DNA from: Eledone cirrhosa
Lineage: Eukaryota
Direction of reading: 5' to 3'
DNA length: 64,000 bases
Assembly (NCBI GenBank): GCA_964016885.1
Contig: OZ024740.1
Location: 133,300,001 to 133,364,000, forward strand
Shown here: piece after piece, positions 52,691-64,000 of the stretch
Layout: the number at the start of each line of letters is the position of its first letter
Numbering within the stretch: position 1 is the first letter of the stretch
Made by a program: the position numbers and the translations under genes
The notes under the pieces: generated by a model
Told to the model about the DNA's origin: nothing
Database searches by the model: none
Seen by the model: the letters and a program-made list of their open reading frames with translations, nothing else

Positions 52691-52882
52691 TATAAAAACA
52701 TAGATAGGTAGATAGATAGATATAATTTTGCAATTTATTTGGAGACCTATGGATTGAAATATATCATGATAGAAAATGTAATATTGTTCAGACAAATAAT
52801 AATGTGTACATCCTCATCTAATTTATTGTTTCAATATTCAAATAAACCCACTGGCTGGCTATACCCTCAGTATATTCTTGTC

Positions 52883-52924
<42 letters not shown>

Positions 52925-52965
52925 TTCAAAATACTAAGAAAATAAATATTCTTGTGATCGATTAT

Positions 52966-53030
52966 ATTTCATTATACATATTTCAGAGGTACTGAGTTAA
53001 GTTCAACAGTACCTCCTCATCAGATAAAAT
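52966..53030 (-). ncRNA. Minimal type I hammerhead ribozyme in a solo pLTR-like fragment (about 52923-53127)
   Basis: ATTTTAT-CTGATGA-GGAGGTACTG-loop-CAGTACCTCT-GAAA-TATGTA-TA-ATGAAAT; between (AT)n tracts. Confidence 0.82.
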
Positions 53031-54038
53031 AAGATGATGCATGACATACCCTGACATAGTAGATGGTTAAGATTCAGTCATGGTAGTCATTCTTTGATGT
53101 TTTCATTGAACCTTGTTTAACTTTTAAATATATATGTATATATATATATAAATAAATGTGTGTGTATGTATGTGTGTGTATGGGTGTATATTTATATATA
53201 TTATATATACATTTTTTACATACATGATATACATGAAAGTATATATATATTTATATATATATATATATTCACGTAATTATGTTTACTTATATATATATAT
53301 CTGTGTGTGTATAATACTATTTATATATGTTCATACTCGGAACAAACGCGCTACTCATATGTTCAAGGCCCAAATTTTACCATCCCTTCAGAATGAAAGA
53401 AGCACCAAATGTGTTACCTTTCTTGGAGCGCTTATAAAAGTCAAACGAACTAAAAAAGCCTGTCTACGAAAACAACGTATTATAACAAAGTGAAATATCT
53501 CCAAGATGTAAATTTGAAATGTAAGATCTCTCACGAATTAGTGTTCTTATGTTATACCAAAAATGTTGTATTTTGTACTGGAATGTAATATAGAGACAGT
53601 AATATTTATTTAGGTATGGAGGTTGGGTAGTATTGAAAGTGCATAGTATTATATAAGTGTGGAAAGATAAATATAAAGAAAATATATAACGGAAGCATAT
53701 AAATCAAATTAAGGTGTTTGAATATCAGTCGAATTTGTTAAGCATTTCCACATATCAAGAAGATTTGTTTTTAAAATTTCGCTCTTTTATTTAAAATAAA
53801 TATTTTGAGAGCTCTTTATGTGTAACGCCCTCTTATAAACTCTTATAAGCGCCAGTGAATTCTTATAAGTATTCTTATAAGCATGTGAATTCAGGAGGCA
53901 TGGTTAAATGTGGGTCTTGAGATCTTGGGTAACGTTTCTGTTGCGTAAACATAAATAGTATATTTCTGCTCACATACCGATTGGCCACTGTTGTCCGTTT
54001 TCTTTTTCATACTTACGGGTATTACCACACACAGACAA

Positions 54039-54042
<4 letters not shown>

Positions 54043-54132
<90 letters not shown>
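54043..54132. repeat. (CT)n(AT)n microsatellite
   Basis: Direct reading. Confidence 0.95.
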
Positions 54133-54135
<3 letters not shown>

Positions 54136-54504
54136 ACATATTCAGGACCCCAACGGCTGCAGCGATGGCCCAGGCTTATCATCCGATCATGATGCAGGAT
54201 CTAGACAATTCCATCATGTGATAATTGTTAATTAAATCCATAAGACAACAGATTTACGTCAGACACAAACACAATAGAAAATAGAAAATAGAGGACCGAT
54301 TCGATTCGGAGTCAGCCTGCCAATTCACTGTTATAGCCGTGGCAGATGATCCCCAAACTTCGCACTATCAATTAATGCCTCGAGAACTATATTTCTTAGT
54401 TTTGTGCTCGTACTAAGTGTCTTATACATTAACAAGAAATCAGCTCTGAGCAAGAATTTAATTAATATGTGGAATGTTCAGAGAAAATATGATTATTATA
54501 TAAT

Positions 54505-54513
54505 GTATATATG

Positions 54514-54545
<32 letters not shown>

Positions 54546-54581
54546 CACGCGCGCTAGTGTGTGTGTGTCTGTGTGTGTGTA

Positions 54582-54676
<95 letters not shown>
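54505..54676. repeat. (GT)n microsatellite
   Basis: Direct reading. Confidence 0.96.
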
Positions 54677-54677
<1 letters not shown>

Positions 54678-55557
54678 AAGTAAAGTAACGGAGTAAAGAA
54701 CTCGCGTATATCCCTGTAATTTAATGACCACAAAGGAAAACTTTCCTGGACACTTCAGAATACAGTATAGAGAGGGAAAAACAAAGGAGAGTGTGTTTTC
54801 ATTGACATGCGTTATAAGACCACTAGCGTGAAAAACATATAAGCCCCGAAAGGTTTGGGAAATACATTATAATTAAAAGGATAAATTAAAATGAAATAAC
54901 CAAAGGTATAATTAAATCACACATGTTCATCAGACTCACTAGGAGAATGTTTCCCCATCAATTACTGAGGGGACCGATTCAGCCTTTTGGATCGTCAGCA
55001 TGTGTTAAGCCAATATGGCCATCACTACTAAGGAGACCTAAAATAACTGACCTGTAGCACGTGCAAATGAAAAGAGAATGCCTGCGTGAGGGAGTGACTA
55101 GTTGCATTGAATAGAACAAGAAGCCGTTATCAATTCAATTTATAGTTCTCAACAAACGGAAAAGCATGGAGCCAATATCAAGTAAATCAACGGAGTATAG
55201 GATTATTTTCTTTGTTTGCGCAAACTAAGTACACAACACACACACAAACAAGATGGCGTAGGACAGAACAAAGGAGAGGCACAAAACAAAGAAAAGTATC
55301 CCCGTCACTGAAGAGGTCACAGAATGTGTGACGAAAGAACTTTGACAATATATGAACAACCGTCCGGTTATGGAACCAACCAACAAACCGGAAATTCATA
55401 AATTTTTAAAGTTATAATTTAATTTATAATAAATTGGAGTGAAAGCAGCAGGTGCGTATGTTTCTTATTGGCAACATGACCCTCCCAAAGTATAACAATA
55501 TTTGGTTCAACAAACGTTTTCAGATAAAGAATCTTGCTATACAAATTCAGAAACGAA

Positions 55558-55629
<72 letters not shown>

Positions 55630-57047
55630 TAGTGGAGGGCCAACCAGGAGGTGGAACTGCCCAGATAGATCTACGTGCCCCCTCAACAACAGATGCCGAG
55701 AACGTAACGTGATCTACCAGTGCAACGTGAGGACAGACACCTCCAACAAAGCTTATATAGGATTAACCGCTTGTGACTTTAAGACCCGGCTCTACCAACA
55801 CCCACATACGTTCCCAAGCCCGGTCCAGCGACATGCCACCACACTTTCGGGCCATATCTGGGACCTCCAAGATAATAATATAACCTACCATCTTACTTGG
55901 AGCTTACTCTTCAGAGCCAACTCTTACACGAGAGGACGCCGTCCGTGTAACTTATGCTCGGAGGAAACATTACGAATGTGTTTACGAAGGATCAACTCCT
56001 AAACAAAAAAGACGAACTGGTAACTGTATGCAAACACAGAGTGCGGAAGAATTACCTCGCCCTCAAACCCTTAACGATCCGAGTGGGTAGACTAGGGCTG
56101 AAACACCGCTCTTGCCGAATAAGTTAGGGTAAAGCTCTACTTATATAGGTATATGTACCTCTTTCCTCTATATTTTCTACTTCCCTTTGTCTCCTATCAA
56201 TTCTTTCCACCACCAAATTTCTTCCTCGTTCGTTTCTTTGTGTTTTTCCCCCTTTCGCCTACCCCGAGGCAGCCCATGGGGCCTCTTTAGCCTCAGTACC
56301 CCCAACCCTGTAACTTACAGATAGCATTCGCCGATTACGCTATACTAACTATTCATAGCAGCTGTGTTACACCCCAGAGATGTGGTATTAATTTTTAATT
56401 CTATATTTTCAATAATTCTCATCTGGCAACTCATTCTATAGCTTTGGCCGAAATAGCAACAACTAAATATAGCAATTGTGTTAGACTCCTTAGTTTTATT
56501 TCACTTCTCACTTCCCAATCTTACATTCTGATACATCTTTCTATCATTTTTTATTATATTCTCTTTTATTATATTTTTTCATTATCCCCTAATCACATTT
56601 GATTTACTATTCCTATAACGTCCCTCCTCCACTTTCTAAAGAAACTTTTTTCGCCAATCTCCAGTGGCCTACTTCCTTAGAAATTGCCGTGTAGATTTCA
56701 CCTTCTACGCTTGACCGGCTCTACCCACTCCCTATCGTTCTACAGGCAAGTTCAGCCATCCCCACCCCGCACCCACGGCCATGATAGACTTTTCTGTGTC
56801 TGCTACAAATGTTGACCAATCCTCTTGACAAATACAATCTACCCATATAAGGAAATATCCCTTGAAAAGTTCGGGTATTTATTTACCAGACTAAAAATAC
56901 TTTTATATTACTCCAGAAATAGCCGTCGAAACGGCTTGAGCTCTGCCGTCGGGGTCATACTTTCTCGTACTACCCACTCTACTACCCTAAGTATTGAGGA
57001 CTCTGGCGTGTTATGGTCCATCTGGTTCCTTATCACAACTCCTTCGT
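55630..57047 (+). mobile_element. Penelope-like element 3' part (GIY-YIG remnant 55630-56060 and 3' region)
   Basis: NCPDRSTCPLNNRC, NVIYQC..AYIGLT..FKTRLYQH, WDL, CNLC; inserted between (AT)n tracts. Confidence 0.8.
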
Positions 57048-57207
57048 TATATATATATATATATATATATAACAAAGGAATTGTGGTAAGGAACCAAATG
57101 GACCATCACGCACCAGAATACTCAATACTTAGGGTAGTAGAGTGGGAAATAGGAAAAAGTATGACCCCGACGGCAGAGCTCATGCCGTTTCGACGGCTAT
57201 TTCTGGA
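56912..57207. repeat. Tail-to-tail inverted repeat (about 135-bp arms) centred on (AT)n
   Basis: 56912-57047 is reverse-complemented, with substitutions, at 57070-57207. Confidence 0.88.
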
Positions 57208-57290
57208 CACACACATATATATATATATATATATACATATATATATACAATATATTAACAAATGGAAACAATATTTATAAAACCAAATTT

Positions 57291-57354
57291 ATTTTATTAT
57301 ACATATTTCAAGGGCCACCAAGGCAGATTATGGTGCGCTTTCACCAGATAAAAT
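57291..57354 (-). ncRNA. Hammerhead motif in the 3' pLTR, core mutated (CTGGTGA)
   Basis: ATTTTAT-CTGGTGA-AAGCGCACCA..TGGTGGCCCTT-GAAA-TATGTA-TA-ATAAAAT. Confidence 0.65.
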
Positions 57355-59941
57355 ATAATACAGATTAGTTTTATTAATAAATATTGACATACCCTGAAAA
57401 AATGCAACCTCCCCGGTTGGAGGTTCCTGGATATTGGAGATATTAGATATATTGTTGATTTAGTATGCAAATTGGTGTCGGAAAGGTTTAAATAACAGTA
57501 TATTTAAATTAAACCGTTGGAAGAGAGAAAAAAGAAAGAAAAAGAGTAAAGGAATAGTTTATCTATATTTTTTGCCAGTGGGAGAGAGTAAACGTGACTA
57601 TATTTAAGTGAGAGAGAATATTAGTTATGACGACAATAATAGCGTAATTTTGTTTACGTGAGAAGAGAGAAGAAGCGAAGAAACGAATATAGTGTGGATG
57701 AATAATAGCAGGATTCATTATAATGATAGGTTGAAAAACTTTATCTAAGGTTTAATTCATAAAATTGATTAATTTTTTAATTAATAATTTAATAGTTTAA
57801 TCATTACTTTAAATGTGTATGTTAGATTATTAAAAAAATAAAAAAATTAAAAACTATTATATATTATTCAAAATATATTATTATTATAAAAACATATATA
57901 TTATTATTATAATAAAATATATATTATCATTAATTATTAATTATTAATTATTAAAAAAATTGCAGGTTAAAAGTCTCCAAATAATTCTAAACCCATGGAA
58001 ATTCCGAGAGTTTACAGAAGAATAACCCCTTATTTGGATTATAATAGCTGTACAGCGTAAAGGAAATTACTAGTGATTTATTAATAACTCAGATGACTCT
58101 AATGATTAAATGCTATAAGGTTAAGAAATTAAAAAGTTAAATTTCCTATCATAAGAATGTAATTAGAATATGAATCTTATGTTAATTTATACTGAGTCAT
58201 AAATTTATAAATTCATAAATTTACCTGTTATAAAGTTATAACAGTTAAAACACAAATTTACTTGCCATAACGTCACAATATATAGAAATTACAACATTTA
58301 AAATTTTAATAGGAATATATTCAAAGCATAAAGCACAAAAAAACTCTTTCATAAGAATATATTTATAAAATATATTTAAAGTATAAATTTTAGGTTATAC
58401 CACATATACATCAAAAATCACTATGTTTATCATATATATATATAGACATTTGGATATATATATATTAAGCATTTGAAAAATATAAGAATATAGAAATATA
58501 AAATACACAATATAAAATATGAATTATAATGTTAAAGAATATAAGAATATAGAAATATAAAATACACAATATAAAATATGAATTAAGGAATTTTCAAAAA
58601 ATCCTTCAGTACGTTTATCAAGAAAAATTTTTCAAGAAAAGATGTTATTTTCTTTTAGAGAGTTACAAGCAGTCATATAAAAGGAATCTAATGATTTATC
58701 GATTGGTGTAATAATGTAATTATGTAAAACAGATGAATTACATTTTATATATATATTTGAACGTTAAATTCAACCGATGTTTACAAAAACTGAATAAATT
58801 ATTCCTTAAATTAACAGAAATTTTACTTTTTAATATAAAGAATATTTCCTCTATACAAAGAGCACAATTTTCAGATGAAGCATTGAATGAAGGAGCTTTG
58901 GAGATGATATTCCAAAGTAAAGAGTAGTTAATGTTCTTTGATTTTAGGTCCCATAGTAAATTAGATAGAGAAGTTGAAGATTGTTTACCTATATACGTAA
59001 AAGAGCATTTATGGTTATTAAATCTGTTGAGGTAGAGCCTACATAATTAAATGAATTTATATTAGTATTTATATTACAATTGTATAATATATTTTTAACT
59101 AAACAATTATTATTTAGAGGACAGTTAGATTTATTTCTATAGTTACATTTATCTAAATTTAAGTTACTAGGAGCCGTACTATCATATTGGATATTGCTAG
59201 GGTTATTAATGGTATTCTGGTTAGGTTTTAAGTTTCTATTATTAATTATATTAATATTCTGCGCTAAATTACTAGTGGTGGAATACGATAATTTTATAGT
59301 ATGTCTATTAAATATTGAGTAATATCTATGTGTTCTAGGAAAGCATTTATCTAGAGCTTTAAAGAATAATTTAGCAATAGGAGTGTTAATACTTAATGAG
59401 AAAGGGGGAGCGAATCATAATATATTCCTAGTTCTATTTATTTTTTTTGTTTTTCGATTTATTGTAAGGTCATTATAGTTTTTAAAGTTATGGTTAGTTG
59501 GCACATTATTATTATCAATGTATTTAATGTTATTACTATATCCAGCTCTACCTAACGCTTCGTTATAATAATGCGCTTTATCTTCAAAAATATTCCTATT
59601 AGCTGAAATACTAGAAATACGTTGCTGCACAGAAATTACTATAGTGTTTTTAACGGATCTGGGGTGATTGGAATTAAAGTTAACGTAGTTTAAGTTCTAT
59701 TTATTTTGGGAAATTGATAATAAAGACCTGTGTTAAGGTTTAAAGTTACATCTAGAAAGTTAACTATTTTATAATTATTCTCTACTTCTACTTTAAGATT
59801 AAGGCAATTAAAAAATTGTATAATTTCTTGTCTTTTCCTATTTATTTCACAGTTATTATTATTTTCTATAAGTAGTAGCATATCGTCATGATATAACCTC
59901 AGCGTATGTCAATATTTATTTATAAAACTAATGTATATTAT

Positions 59942-60005
59942 ATTTTATCTGATGAAAGCGCACCATAATCTGCCTTGGTGGGCCTTGAAATAAATATAAT
60001 AAAAT
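59942..60005 (+). ncRNA. Minimal hammerhead ribozyme in the inverted pLTR
   Basis: ATTTTAT-CTGATGA-AAGCGCACCA..TGGTGGGCCTT-GAAA-TAAATA-TA-ATAAAAT. Confidence 0.75.
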
Positions 60006-60136
60006 AATATGGTTTTATAAGTATTGTTTCCATTTGTTAATATATTGTATATTTACTCCAATAATTTGTTGAGTGCTTTATATCAGTTATAAAAATAGTG
60101 TAGCTTGTTGTATCATCCCAACAAATTAAATAAAAC

Positions 60137-60222
<86 letters not shown>

Positions 60223-60273
60223 GTATATATAATTGAATATAAAAGAAAAACGAACACAGACATATATGTGTAC

Positions 60274-60919
60274 ATACATATATGTGTACAGACAAGTATG
60301 TATACGTACATATATGTGTACAGACGCACAGTAGTATGTATATATTATGTATTAACATGTATATACATTATAATAAATGTTCGGTAAACCCATACGTACA
60401 TATATATATATGTGTGCATGTATGTATGTATGAATATACATACTACTGTGCGTCTGTACACATATATGTATGTACGTATACATACTTATATTTAGGTATC
60501 AGCCGTACTAAGAGTGAGAAATGAAATTTCGTTTCATTCTTTTCCATTTATCGTTTTCGGTATGCCCGGCCGACTAACTCACTCGATATGCAAATTGGGC
60601 TGCTCAGCCGTTAATATGCATAAGGAAAGTATATACTTTCACACGTTCAATCATCTGACAGAAATGTATACGATGCTGACGATAGCTAATAAGCTTGAAA
60701 CTAGTACATCGTTCCTTTGTCAGTGTTGAACAAAAGGTCGACGATGATTGCCGAGCACTGTACGGCATAATTCGGGTTGTTTGTTTACAAACAAAGCCGA
60801 ACATTATAATAAATGTTCGGTAAACCCATAGGTACATATATATATATATATATATATATGTGTGCATGTATGTACGTATACATATATATATATGTGTCTG
60901 TACACATATATGTATGTAC

Positions 60920-60922
<3 letters not shown>
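60274..60922 (+). mobile_element. Non-coding hammerhead element, about 1.3 units (period 436), with a short inverted 5' piece
   Basis: CATTATAATAAATGTTCGG at 60366 and 60802; inverted segment about 60274-60335. Confidence 0.75.
60670..60712 (+). ncRNA. Minimal type I hammerhead ribozyme
   Basis: ACGATG-CTGACGA-TAGCT-AATA-AGCTT-GAAA-CTAG-TA-CATCGT; GUA triplet, palindromic stem III. Confidence 0.85.
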
Positions 60923-60983
<61 letters not shown>

Positions 60984-61109
60984 ATACTTGGGGAGGGTTA
61001 TATTGTTATAATATTGCCTGAAATAATAACAGAATACATTCACTGTTTGATTTGGGTTGGTTTTCGCTTCTCTATCTTTTATATCTTCCTAGTTAGTGTG
61101 TTCCGTTAT

Positions 61110-61296
61110 TATGTAGAATGGCAGTGTCGGTAGAGAGTCGGAAGCCATGCTTTGCAACATAGAGTTATGCCCCTTTATGGTATGATTTCATAACGAGGGT
61201 GACTTTGCCTTTCATCCTTACTGGGTCGATAAAATAAAGAGGCAGTAATGCACTGGGATAATTGCTAGCCTTGTGCCAAAAGTAGAAACAATTATA
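61110..61296 (+). mobile_element. tRNA-derived SINE, copy 3
   Basis: TGGCAGTGTCGG..GCCTTTCATCC..GGGTCGATAAAATAAAG..GCCTTGTGCCAAAAGTAGAAACAATTAT. Confidence 0.8.
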
Positions 61297-61318
61297 TCTG
61301 GCAATACTATATATATAT

Positions 61319-62245
61319 AAACGGAAAAAATGAAACGAAATTTCATTTCTCACTCTTAGTACGGCTGTTACTTAAATATATGTATGTATACGTACATACA
61401 TATATGTATACAGACGTACAGTAGTATGTATATATATATATACATACATGCACATATATATATATGTACGTATGGATTCACCCAACATTTATTATAATGC
61501 TCGGTGTGTTTGTAAACAAACAACCGGAATTAAGCCGTACAGTGTCTAGCAACCATCGTTGCTCGTTTGTTCCACACTGACAAAGGAACGCTGTACCATC
61601 CTGCCAGATGGTTGAACGTCTATACTTACCTTATGCATATTAACGGCCGAGCAGCCTAATTTGCATATCGAGTGAGTTAATCGACCGAGCATTATAATAA
61701 ATGTTCGGTGAATCCATACGTACATATATATATGTGTGCATGTATGTATATATACATACTACTGTACGTCTGTATACATATATGTATGTACGTATACATA
61801 CTAATATTTAAGTAACAGCCGTACTAAGAGTGAGAAATGAAATTTCGTTTCATTTTTTCCGTTTATCGTTTTCGGTACCCCGGCCGATTAACTCACTCGA
61901 TATGCAAATTAGGCTGCTCGGCCGTTAATATGCATAAGGAAAGTATATACTTACAGACGTTCAACCATCTGGCAGGATGGTATACGTTGCTGACGATAGC
62001 TAATAAGCTTGAAACTGGTACAGCGTTCCTTTGTCAGTGTGGAACAAATGAGCAACGATGGTTGCTAGATACCGTACAGCTTAATTCGCGTTGTTTGTTT
62101 ACAAACACACCGAGCATTATAATAAATGTTCGGTGAATCCATACGTACATATATATATATATATATGTGCATGTATGTATATATATATATATATAATACT
62201 GTACGTCTCTATACATATATGTATGTACGTATACATACTTATATA
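61319..62245. mobile_element. Second insertion of the 430-nt hammerhead element: inverted permuted unit (61319-61686) plus about 1.3 direct units (61690-62245, period 425)
   Basis: CATTATAATAAATGTTCGG at 61690 and 62115; reverse-complement copy on the left. Confidence 0.8.
61984..62026 (+). ncRNA. Minimal type I hammerhead ribozyme
   Basis: ACGTTG-CTGACGA-TAGCT-AATA-AGCTT-GAAA-CTGG-TA-CAGCGT. Confidence 0.82.
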
Positions 62246-62610
62246 TATATACATATATATACAGTAAATAATTGTTTCTACTTTGGCAAAAGGCCAGTAA
62301 TTATCCAGTGCATTACATCTTCTTTATTTTATCGACTCCGTAACGATGAACAGCAAAGTTAGGAAGGACCATATGAAGTTCTACATAACTTTATTCTCCT
62401 ACGATACATATTATTTACTGTATGTATACTCCGCCATTAACAACCAAAACGAACTTTGACAGGAACATAACGTCGAGAGATATAATCCATTGGCATCAGC
62501 GTTGACTGATTGGAGATTGGATTACATAACTCTAGGCAGTTAATACCTTATAAAATGGTGTACACGCTCACACCCCGGCACACACCCACACATGCACCTC
62601 ACCATGCGCA

Positions 62611-62955
<345 letters not shown>

Positions 62956-63106
62956 GCACATCGTCCCTTAATGACCAGGGAACCATGAAACACAGGATAG
63001 CAACAGTTATAATATAAAATGAATGATCATTACACTACTTTGTTATTAAGTACTTTTTGTCTGCTTTGAACATACGCTTATATATCTGCATGTAAATCCA
63101 CCTACA

Positions 63107-63157
<51 letters not shown>

Positions 63158-63169
63158 GTGTGTGTGTGC

Positions 63170-63224
<55 letters not shown>

Positions 63225-63857
63225 TCCCGGCTTCAATTGGGGGTAACAACAGAAAGTAAGGTACTCAATACAGTAGTAGACTATATACAAAATGTAGTAT
63301 GGGCTTTTGTTATGATTTCCTTCGAATGAATCATTGCAAGTCCTGTAGAAGCTTATTCTATGTTAAACTATATATATATGTGTGTGGGTGTATGTACATG
63401 TATATATTTCTAGATACTTCCTTTAGAAATATTTTCTTTTTACATAAAAACTCCATAAATTAGATGTTTTTATTTGTAACAAGTTTATACACACTTAGAC
63501 CCTTTACTTACATATGTATTTTTTAATAAAAAATTGATCGAATAGGTTCTTGTACTGTAGATCAAAGATGCCATATTCTTTGGCAACAGTAACCGTCGCT
63601 TTTCTTCCTTTTCTTTATTTATCAAACCGACCACAAGCTGAGTTTAATGAGGGTTTTCATTCGTCGAATTAGGATAGGAGGTGACTTCAATGCTATCACG
63701 AACCCTTTCGAATAACAATCAATACATTTCTAAGATACCTGGCTCGGTGAACTGAGATTTGGAGTGGCTTTCTCTTATATATTAAAATATCTATATAAAT
63801 ATTGTAAATACCAGATAATTAGTCTATTTACTCATATATATTTTGATATATTTTATT

Positions 63858-64000
63858 GGGGCAGTGGATTGGCAGTATCGGTAGAGGGTCGGACGCCATG
63901 TTTTGCAGCAACGAGTTGCGGCCCTTTATAGTCTGAGTTCAAATACCACCGAAGTTAACTTTGCCTTTCATCCTTACGGGGTCGATAAAATAAAGTACCA
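63858..64000 (+). mobile_element. tRNA-derived SINE, copy 4 (cut by the window end)
   Basis: A box TGGCAGTATCGG, B box GAGTTCAAATAC, core GCCTTTCATCCTTACGGGGTCGATAAAATAAAGTACCA. Confidence 0.85.

Larger units (their letters stand above)
57245..60140 (-). mobile_element. Penelope-like element, 5'-truncated, with 3' pLTR (57245-57392) and inverted 5' pLTR (59904-60140)
   Basis: Minus strand LYHDDML (RT YxDD), NFLDVTL, SNHP, RISSIS, CPLNNNC, IIY..YVGST, CALC; pLTR sequence in opposite orientations at the two ends. Confidence 0.88.

Noticed and set aside
53830-53890. CRISPR-like short repeats (CTTATAAG units); also small duplications at 29733, 30870 and 58479
   Set aside because: Simple local duplications without a spacer pattern or cas genes, in eukaryotic context.
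54133-54221. Possible host exon (GC-richer island)
   Set aside because: Too short, no partner exons or recognisable protein.
63858-63955. tRNA gene
   Set aside because: A and B boxes are present but no cloverleaf; it is a SINE head.

Overview
AT-rich, microsatellite-dense animal genomic DNA (repeat content suggests a cephalopod such as Octopus; inference) with no convincing host gene. It is a mosaic of retroelements that sit in simple repeats: (i) six Tx1-like (L1/Tx1 group) LINEs with a CCHC ORF1 and an APE-RT-zinc-finger ORF2. One group is always bordered by (ATAG)n and forms a head-to-tail array at 1-14.5 kb and 48.5-52.7 kb; a sister group is bordered by (TTA)n at 27.4-32.5 kb and 41.9-47.8 kb. 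(ii) A tandem array of four R4/Dong-like RLE LINEs in (TAA)n at 32.6-41.9 kb. (iii) A CRE-like LINE, an RTE 3' end, three Penelope-like (GIY-YIG) remnants and four tRNA-derived SINEs. (iv) About ten minimal hammerhead ribozyme motifs in Penelope pLTRs and in small non-coding, terminally redundant (retrozyme-like) elements. Best leads: every Tx1 copy has a 5' splice-site consensus on the ORF1 stop and most have a 3' splice-site-like sequence at the ORF2 stop, so ORF2 looks like a precisely removable intron; a 591-nt tandem unit carries a U3:A8 compensatory hammerhead core; and a SINE appears to share the 3' tail and insertion geometry of the TTA-associated Tx1. All coordinates were read by eye and element boundaries may be off by a few bases.
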